41,868 bases of DNA from a virus (lineage: Duplodnaviria; Heunggongvirae; Uroviricota; Caudoviricetes). Position numbers and translations under genes: made by a program. The stretch spans positions 1 to 41,868 of the IMG/VR virus record IMGVR_UViG_2974481312_000001. One strand, 5' to 3'. Shown one piece after another: positions 25,581 to 34,909 of this stretch. Positions within the stretch are counted from its first letter, which is position 1; every line of letters starts with the position of its first letter. The notes under the pieces are model-generated. The model made no database searches. It saw only the letters and a program-made list of their open reading frames with translations, and was not told the origin of the DNA.

Positions 25581-25769
25581 TTATTCCTCTACGCTTTTGC
25601 GGCGACGACGTTGCTTAGGTTCCCCACCACCGTTGTAATGTGGTTCTTCTGCGACCGGTTGGGTCTCGATTAATGCTTCTGGGTTTACCTCTTCGCGCGT
25701 CGGCATTAACTGCCCATCAACCTCAACCACGCCTTTGTACTGTTCCCGTACTACATAATTATCTGCCAT
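25581..25769 (-). CDS. Hypothetical protein (62 aa)
   Basis: Small ORF with ATG start, tightly packed in the operon. Confidence 0.35.
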   Translation of the reverse strand: MADNYVVREQYKGVVEVDGQLMPTREEVNPEALIETQPVAEEPHYNGGGEPKQRRRRKSVEE

Positions 25770-25805
25770 GTCTAATCCTTAAAGCGGCCCGGAGGCCGCG
25801 CATAT

Positions 25806-26156
25806 TTAACTTACGGTTACTACTGTGCTATCTGAGATAATGTTACCGTACCCGTCATGTGCTACGACTTTATAAGTACCGGAATCCGCCGCTGCGGAGT
25901 TGGCCTTAGTGTAAGTCAAAGCGGTTGCACCAGCGATAGCGTTATTATCCTTATACCATTGAACGGTTTTAGGGTCCATGCCGTCGGCGAGTTCCACGGT
26001 CAGTGTGATAGCCTGACTAGCGGTTACCGCGGTAGTGTCATTGAGACCGGTAGAGAAACGCAACGGCATTACGTTTTCCATATCAATCTCAACCTGCCCG
26101 TCCTGCGGACTATCATCAGATACACCAACAATACGACGTTTAATTACATCAACCAT
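25806..26156 (-). CDS. Ig-like domain protein (putative capsid decoration)
   Basis: VQWYKDNNAI..SGTYKVVAHDGYG..STVVTVS, an Ig I-set-like signature. Confidence 0.55.
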   Translation of the reverse strand: MVDVIKRRIVGVSDDSPQDGQVEIDMENVMPLRFSTGLNDTTAVTASQAITLTVELADGMDPKTVQWYKDNNAIAGATALTYTKANSAAADSGTYKVVAHDGYGNIISDSTVVTVS

Positions 26157-26167
26157 TTTTATCCTCC

Positions 26168-26452
26168 TCAGGATACAGTACCAGCGTTTTTAAGGGCAGT
26201 TAGCAGACTAGCAACGGCGGTGCGCAATGAAGTCACATCCGTACGCAACTTATTGTAGTTCGACACCAGTGCGTCAAACTCTTCTTTCGTCGGTGCGGCC
26301 GCGGCTGCTGCACCGCTCCCCGCGGTAATCGCTGGAGGTGCCGCTACCGTTGCGGACTTTTTAACCCCTCCGATTGCCGTTGTGGTTGCAGCGGGAATAT
26401 CTAGTTCCGCGTTAACCAGGCTGCGGGGTAGCCCTTTACCTGTCTTTGACAT
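26168..26452 (-). CDS. Hypothetical structural protein
   Basis: Start moved to ATG 26452 with GGAGG RBS; Ala/Thr-rich, coiled-coil C-terminus. Confidence 0.4.
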   Translation of the reverse strand: MSKTGKGLPRSLVNAELDIPAATTTAIGGVKKSATVAAPPAITAGSGAAAAAAPTKEEFDALVSNYNKLRTDVTSLRTAVASLLTALKNAGTVS

Positions 26453-26512
26453 TATATAGCCTCCGTATAAATGAAAAGAGGGACCGAAGTCCCTCAAGAG
26501 TATACCCTACGA

Positions 26513-27562
26513 TTAAGCACCGACGCCAGTTACCAGGAACGCAATCGGCACATGCTTACGGTCTACTACACGGTTCCAGTTGGTGGCGTTAGCCAGGTCT
26601 TGCCAGCTGGCGGAGCGGGCGATAGTCTCAGTACCGTTGCCGGTGATTACGGCGCTGGTGAAACGGTAACCGAACGGGTGCAGCAACCAGGTCTTACGAG
26701 TCCACAGCGTTTCTACACCACCGCCATTAGCGCGAGATGCTTCACGCTCGTATTCCAACGGCATCACGGGGTTTCCTTCGCCGTAGCCGATTGCGCCCTG
26801 GCCAAAGATGATGGAGATGAACTTGCGCTGCGCACCCTGGCCTACTACGGTCATGCTGTCATCAACGATGACGCGATAGCCCTGGTAGGTAGCAAACATG
26901 GTGTTGTTCTCAGCATCACGGATGAAGTCGATAAGCTGGGCTTTACGGGCCTGTGCGTATACGAAGCTGTGCATTGCGATAGCACCGAGAACCTCACCGC
27001 CGTTACCCATTAATGCGTCACCCATAGTCTGAGTAGCATCAATGAAAGCGCCGGCGTCGAAACCCAGGGTAGCGGAAACGTCCACCACCATGTCGTTCTG
27101 CTCGTGATACGCATCAGTAGCGGACACGTTGTCGTTGTACAGACCGAGGGCAGTTGCGATAAGACGACGCTGCGCCTGACGCTGCCAGAAGTTATCCAGA
27201 CGAGACGCTACGGACTGCAACGGATTCTGGCTGGTCAATTCGACGGTAAGGTCCGCCTGACCAAAGCCTTCGTTCAGGTAGGCAACACGGGCCATCATTT
27301 CACCAGTCTGAATAGCGCGCGGAGTAGCGATATCCTGATACACATCGTTCGAATAGTTAGGTTCGATAGAGGTATCGATAGCTTTCCAGAACGGCAGGTT
27401 AGCAATGTTTGACGGACCGTTAGCAATCTCAGCCGCATACGGGGTAGAGGTGAGGATACCGGAGTCAAAAAACGCGGTTTTCTCTACCGGGTCTTCGGTC
27501 ATATAAGACGCCAGTACAGGGATGTTGCCGGTTACGATATCGCCAATAGTGGTAATTGCCAT
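26513..27562 (-). CDS. Major capsid protein (putative)
   Basis: 349 aa ORF immediately after the scaffold gene. Confidence 0.55.
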   Translation of the reverse strand: MAITTIGDIVTGNIPVLASYMTEDPVEKTAFFDSGILTSTPYAAEIANGPSNIANLPFWKAIDTSIEPNYSNDVYQDIATPRAIQTGEMMARVAYLNEGFGQADLTVELTSQNPLQSVASRLDNFWQRQAQRRLIATALGLYNDNVSATDAYHEQNDMVVDVSATLGFDAGAFIDATQTMGDALMGNGGEVLGAIAMHSFVYAQARKAQLIDFIRDAENNTMFATYQGYRVIVDDSMTVVGQGAQRKFISIIFGQGAIGYGEGNPVMPLEYEREASRANGGGVETLWTRKTWLLHPFGYRFTSAVITGNGTETIARSASWQDLANATNWNRVVDRKHVPIAFLVTGVGA

Positions 27563-27565
27563 TAT

Positions 27566-28267
27566 TTATTTCCTCAGGGCTTTAAGTTGCCGTTCAAATT
27601 CGGCAGGGTTAGATTTATAGAGCGCTAAACGCTCGCTTTCACTCATGTCTTTAAACGCTGGTGCGGCCCCGCCGCCTTTATTCCCGGAAGCCCCGCCACC
27701 GGAAGCTGCATTTGCTTTAATCAAATGTGAAAAAGCTTTATGTTCGCGCAGGTATTTGCGGAACTGCTCAGGGTCGGTAGTAACAACATTGCCATCCGCA
27801 CCCATGAATTTAGTCACTACGTCTTCACCGTCGAACTCGGTCTTAACGAAAGGTGCCAGGATTTCTACCGCTTCTGGGGTGATAAAATCACCAGCGAAAG
27901 AACCTAAAACAGCCTTACGTTCGCTGCCAAGAATACGCGCAGCTAAAGATGCGTAACGCTCTTCTTTCTCTTTCAGTACAGGTTCATACTGACTACGAAT
28001 CGTCTTTTCAAATTCGTCCATTTTACCGGCAGCCTTCAGCGCTTCCTGGTGTGCACGCTGCCGTTCTTCTTCGGCTTCTTTAGCACGGCGTGCCGCTTCC
28101 TTTTTCTCGCTAAGTAGCGCTTCCTGGTTTGCCTTAAGCCCGGCAACTTCTTTCTCAATCAGGGCCTGCACTTCTTCGGCGGTGTACATTTTTGGCGCGT
28201 CACCTGCGCCCGGTTTATCTTCCACCCCGGCTTCTTCATGAAGCGGGTAACGTAAAAAACGATTCAT
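27566..28267 (-). CDS. Scaffolding protein (putative)
   Basis: Charged coiled-coil sequence (EAARRAKEAEEERQRAHQEALKAAGK) upstream of the capsid gene; start ambiguous (TTG 28273 or ATG 28267). Confidence 0.55.
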   Translation of the reverse strand: MNRFLRYPLHEEAGVEDKPGAGDAPKMYTAEEVQALIEKEVAGLKANQEALLSEKKEAARRAKEAEEERQRAHQEALKAAGKMDEFEKTIRSQYEPVLKEKEERYASLAARILGSERKAVLGSFAGDFITPEAVEILAPFVKTEFDGEDVVTKFMGADGNVVTTDPEQFRKYLREHKAFSHLIKANAASGGGASGNKGGGAAPAFKDMSESERLALYKSNPAEFERQLKALRK

Positions 28268-28351
28268 AGTCAATATGTCCCCTGGACTTTAGGACACCGG
28301 GCCACCCGGTGTTTCTGTAACAAGAATAAATTATTCCACTTACTAAGGCAA

Positions 28352-28615
28352 CTATTCCAGAATATTCCTTATATATTCCTGCAACCGGAATACTTTCAGA
28401 CGCAATTGCCGCGTGCACTCGGCGTTCTGTACGTCGACGGCCAGGTCTTCATCGGCATCACTACTTGGCAATGCCATTTTGCACGGCGGCTGCATTAGTG
28501 TCATATCCGGGGATGGAATTAGCATTCTCGGCGGCGCGTCGTTTGATTGACACCCGCTCAGGAGGGAACACGCAAACAACACGACCAGGACGGGTAACGT
28601 ATTTGATAACTTCAC
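28352..28615 (-). CDS. o-spanin (Rz1-like lipoprotein) overlapping the i-spanin gene
   Basis: Lipobox LLSGC after a hydrophobic signal peptide, Pro-rich mature region; +1 frame overlap with 28461..28847. Confidence 0.55.
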   Translation of the reverse strand: MKLSNTLPVLVVLFACSLLSGCQSNDAPPRMLIPSPDMTLMQPPCKMALPSSDADEDLAVDVQNAECTRQLRLKVFRLQEYIRNILE

Positions 28616-28847
28616 GGGTGATAGCCTCCGCGTTTTCTTTACCTTCGGTTTCGGCGGCGGCGGCCCTGGTATCGTTCTGCCGTTGCCGTTGTGTTTTCTT
28701 CGCTAGCTCGGCCTGTGCTTTCTGCTGTTGCTGTGAAACAAGATTGGCGCGGCCTTCTACCCACCCGCTTCTGTAGTTGTACTGGCCGTATAACCACAAG
28801 GAGAGGATACCGGCTGCCGTGACTACCGCGGTTACTTTCCAATTCAT
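28461..28847 (-). CDS. i-spanin (Rz-like)
   Basis: N-terminal transmembrane segment VTAVVTAAGILSLWLY followed by Gln/Ala-rich coiled-coil. Confidence 0.55.
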   Translation of the reverse strand: MNWKVTAVVTAAGILSLWLYGQYNYRSGWVEGRANLVSQQQQKAQAELAKKTQRQRQNDTRAAAAETEGKENAEAITREVIKYVTRPGRVVCVFPPERVSIKRRAAENANSIPGYDTNAAAVQNGIAK

Positions 28848-29130
28848 AGTATCCCCTTTCTTTATACGCTAAGCCCGGCTTACGCCGGGCGTTAAACTCG
28901 TATATCTGTAAACCTTATACGGCGAATCTTAGCTAAATACTGAAAGCAGTATAGCTCGGCCCTTCCGAATGCGTTCGCGGTTACGCTAGGGCGTTGTGAC
29001 GCCCGCTTCACGCGACCCGCACCGCGGTACGCTGAAAGCGTAGTTAGCGTAGCATTTAAAATAATAGAAATCTACTTTCTGAATAAAGTATTCCTTAATT
29101 TACATTAGCAAGGAATAATTGGAATAATTG

Positions 29131-29162
29131 AGGGCAAAATTAAGGCCCCTTGAAGGGGCCTT
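29131..29162 (-). terminator. Putative terminator inside the late operon
   Basis: Hairpin AAGGCCCC-TTGAA-GGGGCCTT after the Ig-like gene; weak U tract. Confidence 0.4.
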
Positions 29163-29165
29163 TCG

Positions 29166-29624
29166 TTACTTAGGTTCTGAGACCTTAGCTGCTTTGCTAA
29201 CCACCGACACACCGTCGGCATCTACGGCCTTGACGAAATATTCTCCGGGGTCTTTAACGGTTAGTTCTCCTTCAACGTAAGGAACGTTGATTACCTCTTT
29301 ACCATCTTTAAACCATTGCAAATCGTAGGGCGCTTTGCCACCTTTCACGACAACGGTTAATTTTGCAGAACCGTCTTTCAGTTGCACATCCGCTGGTTGC
29401 GCATCGAAGTACACATCACCGGCCCCATCCAGATAAGGTACTTCGTACAGGATGCCGTCCGAGATTGTGGTCAGTCCGGTCTTATCAGCAAACGGCATTT
29501 CATCTACCGATTCACCGAGAACAGATTCATCTTTAATATACACGACACCTTCACCCGCACCAGACACACGGGAGTACTGAACTACACGTCGTGAAGGCAC
29601 ATCTTTAACTTTGAAAAAGCCCAT
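29166..29624 (-). CDS. Ig-like domain protein
   Basis: APYDLQWFKDGKEV..GEYFVKAVDADGVS, an Ig I-set-like signature. Confidence 0.5.
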   Translation of the reverse strand: MGFFKVKDVPSRRVVQYSRVSGAGEGVVYIKDESVLGESVDEMPFADKTGLTTISDGILYEVPYLDGAGDVYFDAQPADVQLKDGSAKLTVVVKGGKAPYDLQWFKDGKEVINVPYVEGELTVKDPGEYFVKAVDADGVSVVSKAAKVSEPK

Positions 29625-29626
29625 CT

Positions 29627-30670
29627 CTATTCCTCTTTCAGATAATCGGCAACACGCTTATCGAGTTCCGCCATCTCTTTAAGAGTTAACGGACGCCCGA
29701 ATCCATCTACCGATATTACACGAAATTCTTCCGGGGTTATCCCACTATTACGAAAAATCTTACCCCTGACAGGGCCGAGTGCTTCGTCCTGGAACCACGC
29801 CGGTTGCTGTTTAAGGAACTCGTAGTAGGACGTGTCCGCGCTTACCTGCTTACCCCCATCCGCACCCCTGGCCGCTCGTTTTGCGCCCTTATCCAGGAAG
29901 TCGAATTCTGAGCTAATTACCGGTGCTGTGCTTGACCGACAGTTAGGGTGCGCTGGGGGTAGCGGACCTTTGCCTATTTCGTACTGCATAGAATCTCGCG
30001 ACCGACAAACCGCCGAGGTTCTGGAATCGAGGGTAGATACCCACTCATATTTCGTAATGATGTCGTCGTTCTGAGCGTAAACCTGTTGCCTGGCTTCGTT
30101 GGATACGTGCGCTAGGGCGGTACGGATAACGGTAGCGGCGTTACGCTCGGAGATATCGGCCAGTCCACCGGGCCCAACAACGTTCTTAACTATCTGCCGC
30201 GTGGTCATACCCTGTACGAACCCAGACTTAACCCCCATCACCAGGCGATTCACCTCGGTTTGCCGCCAGCCATTCATTAGCGAAACAAAATCAACCGGTT
30301 TTTCGCTTAGTTCAAGTGGCGCGAAAGTCGCAGCGGCCCACACCTGCTCCGCAGCCGGTGTTACAAAGTTAGCATTAACGTTGGTCGACAATGTTTTTAC
30401 ATTCCAGTTAACCTCATAGTCGGAAAGCTCACGGGCGTCGGCCAGTAGCTTCTCATACCACCCGGACGTAATTCCGTTCAGTGCTTGCTCAAGTTCCCGC
30501 AGCATGATGGTGAGTCTCGCTGCCGTTCTGCTGTCATCGCCAAACAGCAGCACCTGTCGCTTAACCTCATCACGCATTTGCGAGATAAATGGTGCCAGGT
30601 CTTTTACTTCGCTACTGGCGTTACGTTGCAGCAATATCTGGTGGCTGATAATCGATTCTAAAAGACTCAT
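29627..30670 (-). CDS. Head morphogenesis protein (Mu F-like / SPP1 gp7-like)
   Basis: Signature ..PPAHPNCRSS..; located after the portal gene. Confidence 0.7.
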   Translation of the reverse strand: MSLLESIISHQILLQRNASSEVKDLAPFISQMRDEVKRQVLLFGDDSRTAARLTIMLRELEQALNGITSGWYEKLLADARELSDYEVNWNVKTLSTNVNANFVTPAAEQVWAAATFAPLELSEKPVDFVSLMNGWRQTEVNRLVMGVKSGFVQGMTTRQIVKNVVGPGGLADISERNAATVIRTALAHVSNEARQQVYAQNDDIITKYEWVSTLDSRTSAVCRSRDSMQYEIGKGPLPPAHPNCRSSTAPVISSEFDFLDKGAKRAARGADGGKQVSADTSYYEFLKQQPAWFQDEALGPVRGKIFRNSGITPEEFRVISVDGFGRPLTLKEMAELDKRVADYLKEE

Positions 30671-30785
30671 ATACCCCTCCCGCCTTTGGTGTGGTGATTA
30701 TACACTCAACTCATCAGGGTGCATAATCAAGGCCATTTAGTCTGCGAGAAATAATCTTATTCGCTTTCATTTTGGTAGTTAAAGG

Positions 30786-30815
30786 TTGCATAACCACAAA
30801 AATTAGGAATATAAT
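30786..30815 (+). promoter_or_regulatory. Sigma70-like promoter TTGCAT-18-TATAAT
   Basis: Upstream of the KilA-N-like gene; AAGAGGAG RBS before ATG 30847. Confidence 0.5.
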
Positions 30816-30846
30816 TTAAACGATACAATTAAGAGGAGAAAAACAG

Positions 30847-31497
30847 ATGAATGTGCAGACTTTAGAATTTCCGTATGGCGAGGTGGAATTTACACGTGAT
30901 GAGTATATAGATGCCTCAACATTAACCATCCAGATGAACAGATGGAGGTTCGATAACGGACTCCAACCAAGAAATCTTGCGCAGATACTAAAAACCGATG
31001 ACTGCAAAAACTTTATGCGTGTGTGTGAGGAGGAGACAGGTATTGTTCCGTTAAAAACATCAAGAGGGAGGAACGGGAAGACGTGGTTGTGCCTGCACCT
31101 GGCCGTGTACATTGCAGAACAGTATAGTGCGTATTTTCACTTCCTGGTTATAGACCGATTTATTACGCAACGGCAGGTAGAGCTGCGTAACATTGGTGCG
31201 GTAAGCTTCGTGGAGCTTAATGCCGCCGTTAGTAGGATGATTGAACGTACAGAAGGGCGGATAGGCCATAGTGGACATTTCATACAGGTAGCGAAAGCAA
31301 TCAAGGAGTCTATAGATATTCGTGAAGTCACAGGTTTTGATACATGGGACTCCCAGGACGCAAAAACTAATCAATTGCGGAGCGAGATTCAAAAGTCTAT
31401 GGTGACGTTGTTGGATATGGAAGCAGTCAACTCGTGGGATGAGCTTAAAGAGACAATACCGCGTGTTGTTCGCAAATGCGCGGCAAATATATGTTAA
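30847..31497 (+). CDS. KilA-N domain-like protein
   Basis: Segment GKTWLCLHLAVYIAEQYSAYFHFLVIDRF resembles the KilA-N/APSES core; plus-strand gene inside the minus-strand head operon. Confidence 0.5.
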   Translation: MNVQTLEFPYGEVEFTRDEYIDASTLTIQMNRWRFDNGLQPRNLAQILKTDDCKNFMRVCEEETGIVPLKTSRGRNGKTWLCLHLAVYIAEQYSAYFHFLVIDRFITQRQVELRNIGAVSFVELNAAVSRMIERTEGRIGHSGHFIQVAKAIKESIDIREVTGFDTWDSQDAKTNQLRSEIQKSMVTLLDMEAVNSWDELKETIPRVVRKCAANIC

Positions 31498-31503
31498 AAC
31501 TAC

Positions 31504-31527
31504 GGCCCCGTTATGGGGCCTTTTGTT
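31504..31527 (+). terminator. Rho-independent terminator
   Basis: Hairpin GGCCCC-GTTAT-GGGGCC followed by TTTTGTT. Confidence 0.7.
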
Positions 31528-31529
31528 CA

Positions 31530-32996
31530 CTACTCCTGTTGTTGCGCCGCCTGCGGTATTTCCCCCTGAACCTCAGTGGCGACCGGTAATGGCTGGTCAG
31601 CCACAGCGTCCTTAATATCAGCGTCTGTCCAGTCGGTGACACCGGCCTTACGCAACGCGGCATAGTAGGCCGTGGCGGGCAGCAGCCCGGCGTTAATGTC
31701 CGCCACCCATGCAGCCCGGTCTTGCGCGGTCATAGGTTGCAGGAAGAAATCCATGTTAAGGCGGAACTCGACTTCCGTATCTTCAGGTTTACCGAGCATT
31801 ATCGCCACCCAACGTAAAGCATCTGTATACGCCTGGCTTACGTTACGTGCGATTGTTGCCATGACGGACGTATCCGCGCCGCGTTGGATGCGTGCCGATT
31901 CTGCGGTAATTTGCTGAGTCGGGGTGATAAGCTGCGCACCAATCTGGATAGCCTGCTGCTCTTTATCCAACATATTCTGGCGGGCCAGGTTATTCTCGCC
32001 AGCCTGAATAAGCTGGGCGCTTCCGCCGTACCCCAGGTTATGCCCGCACCGACTACCAAATTTGATACCGTTGGGGTTCGCCTCCTTGAATGATTGAGGT
32101 GTTAAGTTCTCGCCTGGGTAGATAAACAGGGTCGGCTGCCCAACAACGAAGCTGGATTCTTCGTTGTCCGCGCTGTTCCTGTAGTGCCCGATGTTAAGTT
32201 CCGCGAGTGGTAGTAGCGGAGCGTCGTCAATGGTGGCGTCGTTATTGGTCGCCCCAATAAAGGTAAACGGAATTACCCCTCGTAATGATTCCCCTAAGTC
32301 CGGGTAAATCTCCACGACGTCTTCCTGCGCACCACCTTCGGCATCGAAACGAAAAAGACGTTGACGGTAGTTGCCGTCGGTATCGATGTCCAGGACCCGG
32401 TACTGTTCCCCATATTTTGTTTCGAACTCGTTTCCCGGTTCGTTGTACTCCCATGTCTCGCGCAGCACAACCATAGTTACCCGGTTTACAGAACCTACGC
32501 GCGTGAGTCGCCAGTTAACGATATTCTCGGTAGTGTAGAAAGCGATTGTAGGGTTAAGCAAACCTGCGTTTTGTTCGGCGGCCGTAGCTGCGCCGGTTTC
32601 CGGGGCGTCAACAAGAAGACCACCGCGACCTACTGAGTCAATCTCCATTAGCGTGTCCTGCGCATGCTGTATTAGGCCTACACCGGACCCATCTGCATTT
32701 TTAAGAAGATACTCCAGCTCCTTCGGGATATTGATTTCCGGTTCTTTGCGCATGACGCTACCAACCATCCCTGACAGCGTGCGCCGGGTGAAGTTATAGA
32801 CGATACCGCCCGCTTCATATTCTGCCTGACGCGCTTCACCGTAAGCTTTGTCCGGTTCATTCAGCCCTACGTTGCGTAGATAGCTAACCAATTCACCTGC
32901 AAGCGCGTGGCGCACCTTCTGCCATTTAGGCGCGTAATGCAGCCATTCACGGTGCTTGGTTTTTACGCCAGAACCCTGGCCGTTTGCTGTTAACAT
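31530..32996 (-). CDS. Portal protein (putative)
   Basis: 488 aa ORF between terminase large subunit and head morphogenesis gene. Confidence 0.6.
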   Translation of the reverse strand: MLTANGQGSGVKTKHREWLHYAPKWQKVRHALAGELVSYLRNVGLNEPDKAYGEARQAEYEAGGIVYNFTRRTLSGMVGSVMRKEPEINIPKELEYLLKNADGSGVGLIQHAQDTLMEIDSVGRGGLLVDAPETGAATAAEQNAGLLNPTIAFYTTENIVNWRLTRVGSVNRVTMVVLRETWEYNEPGNEFETKYGEQYRVLDIDTDGNYRQRLFRFDAEGGAQEDVVEIYPDLGESLRGVIPFTFIGATNNDATIDDAPLLPLAELNIGHYRNSADNEESSFVVGQPTLFIYPGENLTPQSFKEANPNGIKFGSRCGHNLGYGGSAQLIQAGENNLARQNMLDKEQQAIQIGAQLITPTQQITAESARIQRGADTSVMATIARNVSQAYTDALRWVAIMLGKPEDTEVEFRLNMDFFLQPMTAQDRAAWVADINAGLLPATAYYAALRKAGVTDWTDADIKDAVADQPLPVATEVQGEIPQAAQQQE

Positions 32997-33008
32997 TTAA
33001 CAATCCTC

Positions 33009-34280
33009 TTAAAGTGCGAAAGTAACCGGGATATGGGATACAGGTTTAACCAACGGCATTTCGTAGGCGATAGGGTATCCTGTTGCATCGTTCTGGTGGT
33101 CGTTGCCGCTTGTCTTATCCGGTATGCCGTTTTTATCGTATGCCTGTTGCTCAAGACAGCGAGCAGTAACCGGACAGGTTTGCTCGTTGACCATTAATCT
33201 ACCAGACTCCAGCGCTTTATTCACCGATGCTACACGGTCTTTAACGGCAGGGTTAACCGATTTTGCACGTATCTCGAAACCAGCGTTATGCAGTTGTGCA
33301 ATATCCGAGGTACTTGCATCAGTCGATTTACGGTTCTTACCACTGGCGTCCGGATACATAACAATGTGATGCCCGTTGCGCTTCCATCGTTCGGTAATCT
33401 CCCTGACCACATCCGGGGTGTCGAACATATCCACCAGCTCGGCTACCGCGTGCCAGACATACTCACGCTGAACGTATACGGTGCTAGCCATATGCCCGAC
33501 GTTGAAGTCCTGACCGATATACAGCGTTTCTCCAGGTTGTATAGTCTCTCGACTGCTGTTCTTGCGTCGGTCGTAAGCATAATACACGCTGCCGGATGTC
33601 AGGTTGACAAATTCACCATCGATGTAGGCATCAATTAACTGGCCTGGATACGTATCCCGTAACGACTGCACATAATCTTCCGGTAGAAAGGGATTGGATG
33701 TTGTCGAGGCCTGAATCATTTCATAGCCTGGTTTCTTTTTTACAGCCCATCTGTCGTGCACAAAACGGAAGCCTTCTGGCGTCGTAAATACCGAAACTGT
33801 ATTAGCTGGCTTCGGGGTAATCGGACGATATGTACGCGGCAACTGACGGTTACGGGCAATAACTTTGTTCCAGGCGTGCTCGGCGTGGTCTTTATTTAAC
33901 GTGTCCAATTCGTCTATTTTTGCGCGAAAAGATTCGTAACCGACGATTCGCGCCGGGTTATCCAATGTACGCAGGACAAAATCCCCGAATTGCCCGGATG
34001 ATGTATAGATTATGTTGTCTGATTTATTGTACTTGTAACGAATACCCCAATCAGACAACTTCTCTTCCATACGCGGGGCGAGGATAAGGCGCACCAGGTC
34101 GTATGTCGGTTCATACATGGCGATAAGTGAATCACTACCACCTTCCATGCTGTCTAACAGGGCGGAGTTGCACATGACTTCCGATTTACCTGTGCCGAAG
34201 CCAGCGACGAAGGCCGGGAACTTACAATGCAGATTAAGGAACGCGCCCTGCGGTCCCGTAGCTGTGATATCAACGTTCAC
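33009..34280 (-). CDS. Terminase large subunit
   Basis: Walker A AGFGTGKSEV near the N-terminus; 423 aa; GTG start with AAGGTGG RBS. Confidence 0.8.
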   Translation of the reverse strand: MNVDITATGPQGAFLNLHCKFPAFVAGFGTGKSEVMCNSALLDSMEGGSDSLIAMYEPTYDLVRLILAPRMEEKLSDWGIRYKYNKSDNIIYTSSGQFGDFVLRTLDNPARIVGYESFRAKIDELDTLNKDHAEHAWNKVIARNRQLPRTYRPITPKPANTVSVFTTPEGFRFVHDRWAVKKKPGYEMIQASTTSNPFLPEDYVQSLRDTYPGQLIDAYIDGEFVNLTSGSVYYAYDRRKNSSRETIQPGETLYIGQDFNVGHMASTVYVQREYVWHAVAELVDMFDTPDVVREITERWKRNGHHIVMYPDASGKNRKSTDASTSDIAQLHNAGFEIRAKSVNPAVKDRVASVNKALESGRLMVNEQTCPVTARCLEQQAYDKNGIPDKTSGNDHQNDATGYPIAYEMPLVKPVSHIPVTFAL

Positions 34281-34776
34281 CGGACACCACCTTAATAGTT
34301 ACTTCGCTAATTGGTTCGTCGCGCGCTTCTTCCACAACAGTTTTATTAAGCCCAAGTTTTGCTGCGGCGAACGTAGCAGATATCCCGGCAGCACCGGTCT
34401 CCGTGAAATACGCCTCTTCCAGGGCCTGCGCCGTTTCGTATGCTTCAGCGAAGGCAGGAACCTCTCGCAGCCACAGCTTGATAATCGGAACGGTTACGCC
34501 TATGTGTAGTGCGAAACGGGCCAGTGATGGCGGTTTATCCTGAATAAGCGGGCGTTCATCACCCTTAGACGTGGGTACGAGTTCCCATGAGGTACGGTCG
34601 AAGAACCGGATTAACTCGTCGCAATAGTCCGGGTCCCATAGTTCGGCGGAATGCCGGGATGACTGGTACAGACTTTGCTTACCGCGCTGGCGCTTGCGTC
34701 GACGGTTTGCACTAACCGCTTCCTCGTGCGCGGCGGCCACCACTTCGGCGTCCGGCTGTTTTAATTTGAGTTTCAT
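34270..34776 (-). CDS. Terminase small subunit (putative)
   Basis: HTH-like segment; directly upstream of and overlapping the large subunit gene; start moved to ATG 34776 with GAGAGGA RBS. Confidence 0.5.
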   Translation of the reverse strand: MKLKLKQPDAEVVAAAHEEAVSANRRRKRQRGKQSLYQSSRHSAELWDPDYCDELIRFFDRTSWELVPTSKGDERPLIQDKPPSLARFALHIGVTVPIIKLWLREVPAFAEAYETAQALEEAYFTETGAAGISATFAAAKLGLNKTVVEEARDEPISEVTIKVVSGER

Positions 34777-34909
34777 GCAATCCTCTCTTAAATGCGTATG
34801 ACCATCATAGCGCATCAGACACCCCCTGAGCGTCTATTAAGGATTGTACAGGGGAATGAAGGCCTGTGTACAGAAAAGCCCACAGAAGCGGGCTTGGTGG
34901 TAGGCTATT

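Noticed and set aside
28890-29040. Possible tRNA in the GC-rich intergenic insert
   Set aside because: No cloverleaf with a GTTCRANYC-type T-loop and CCA-compatible acceptor stem could be drawn on either strand.
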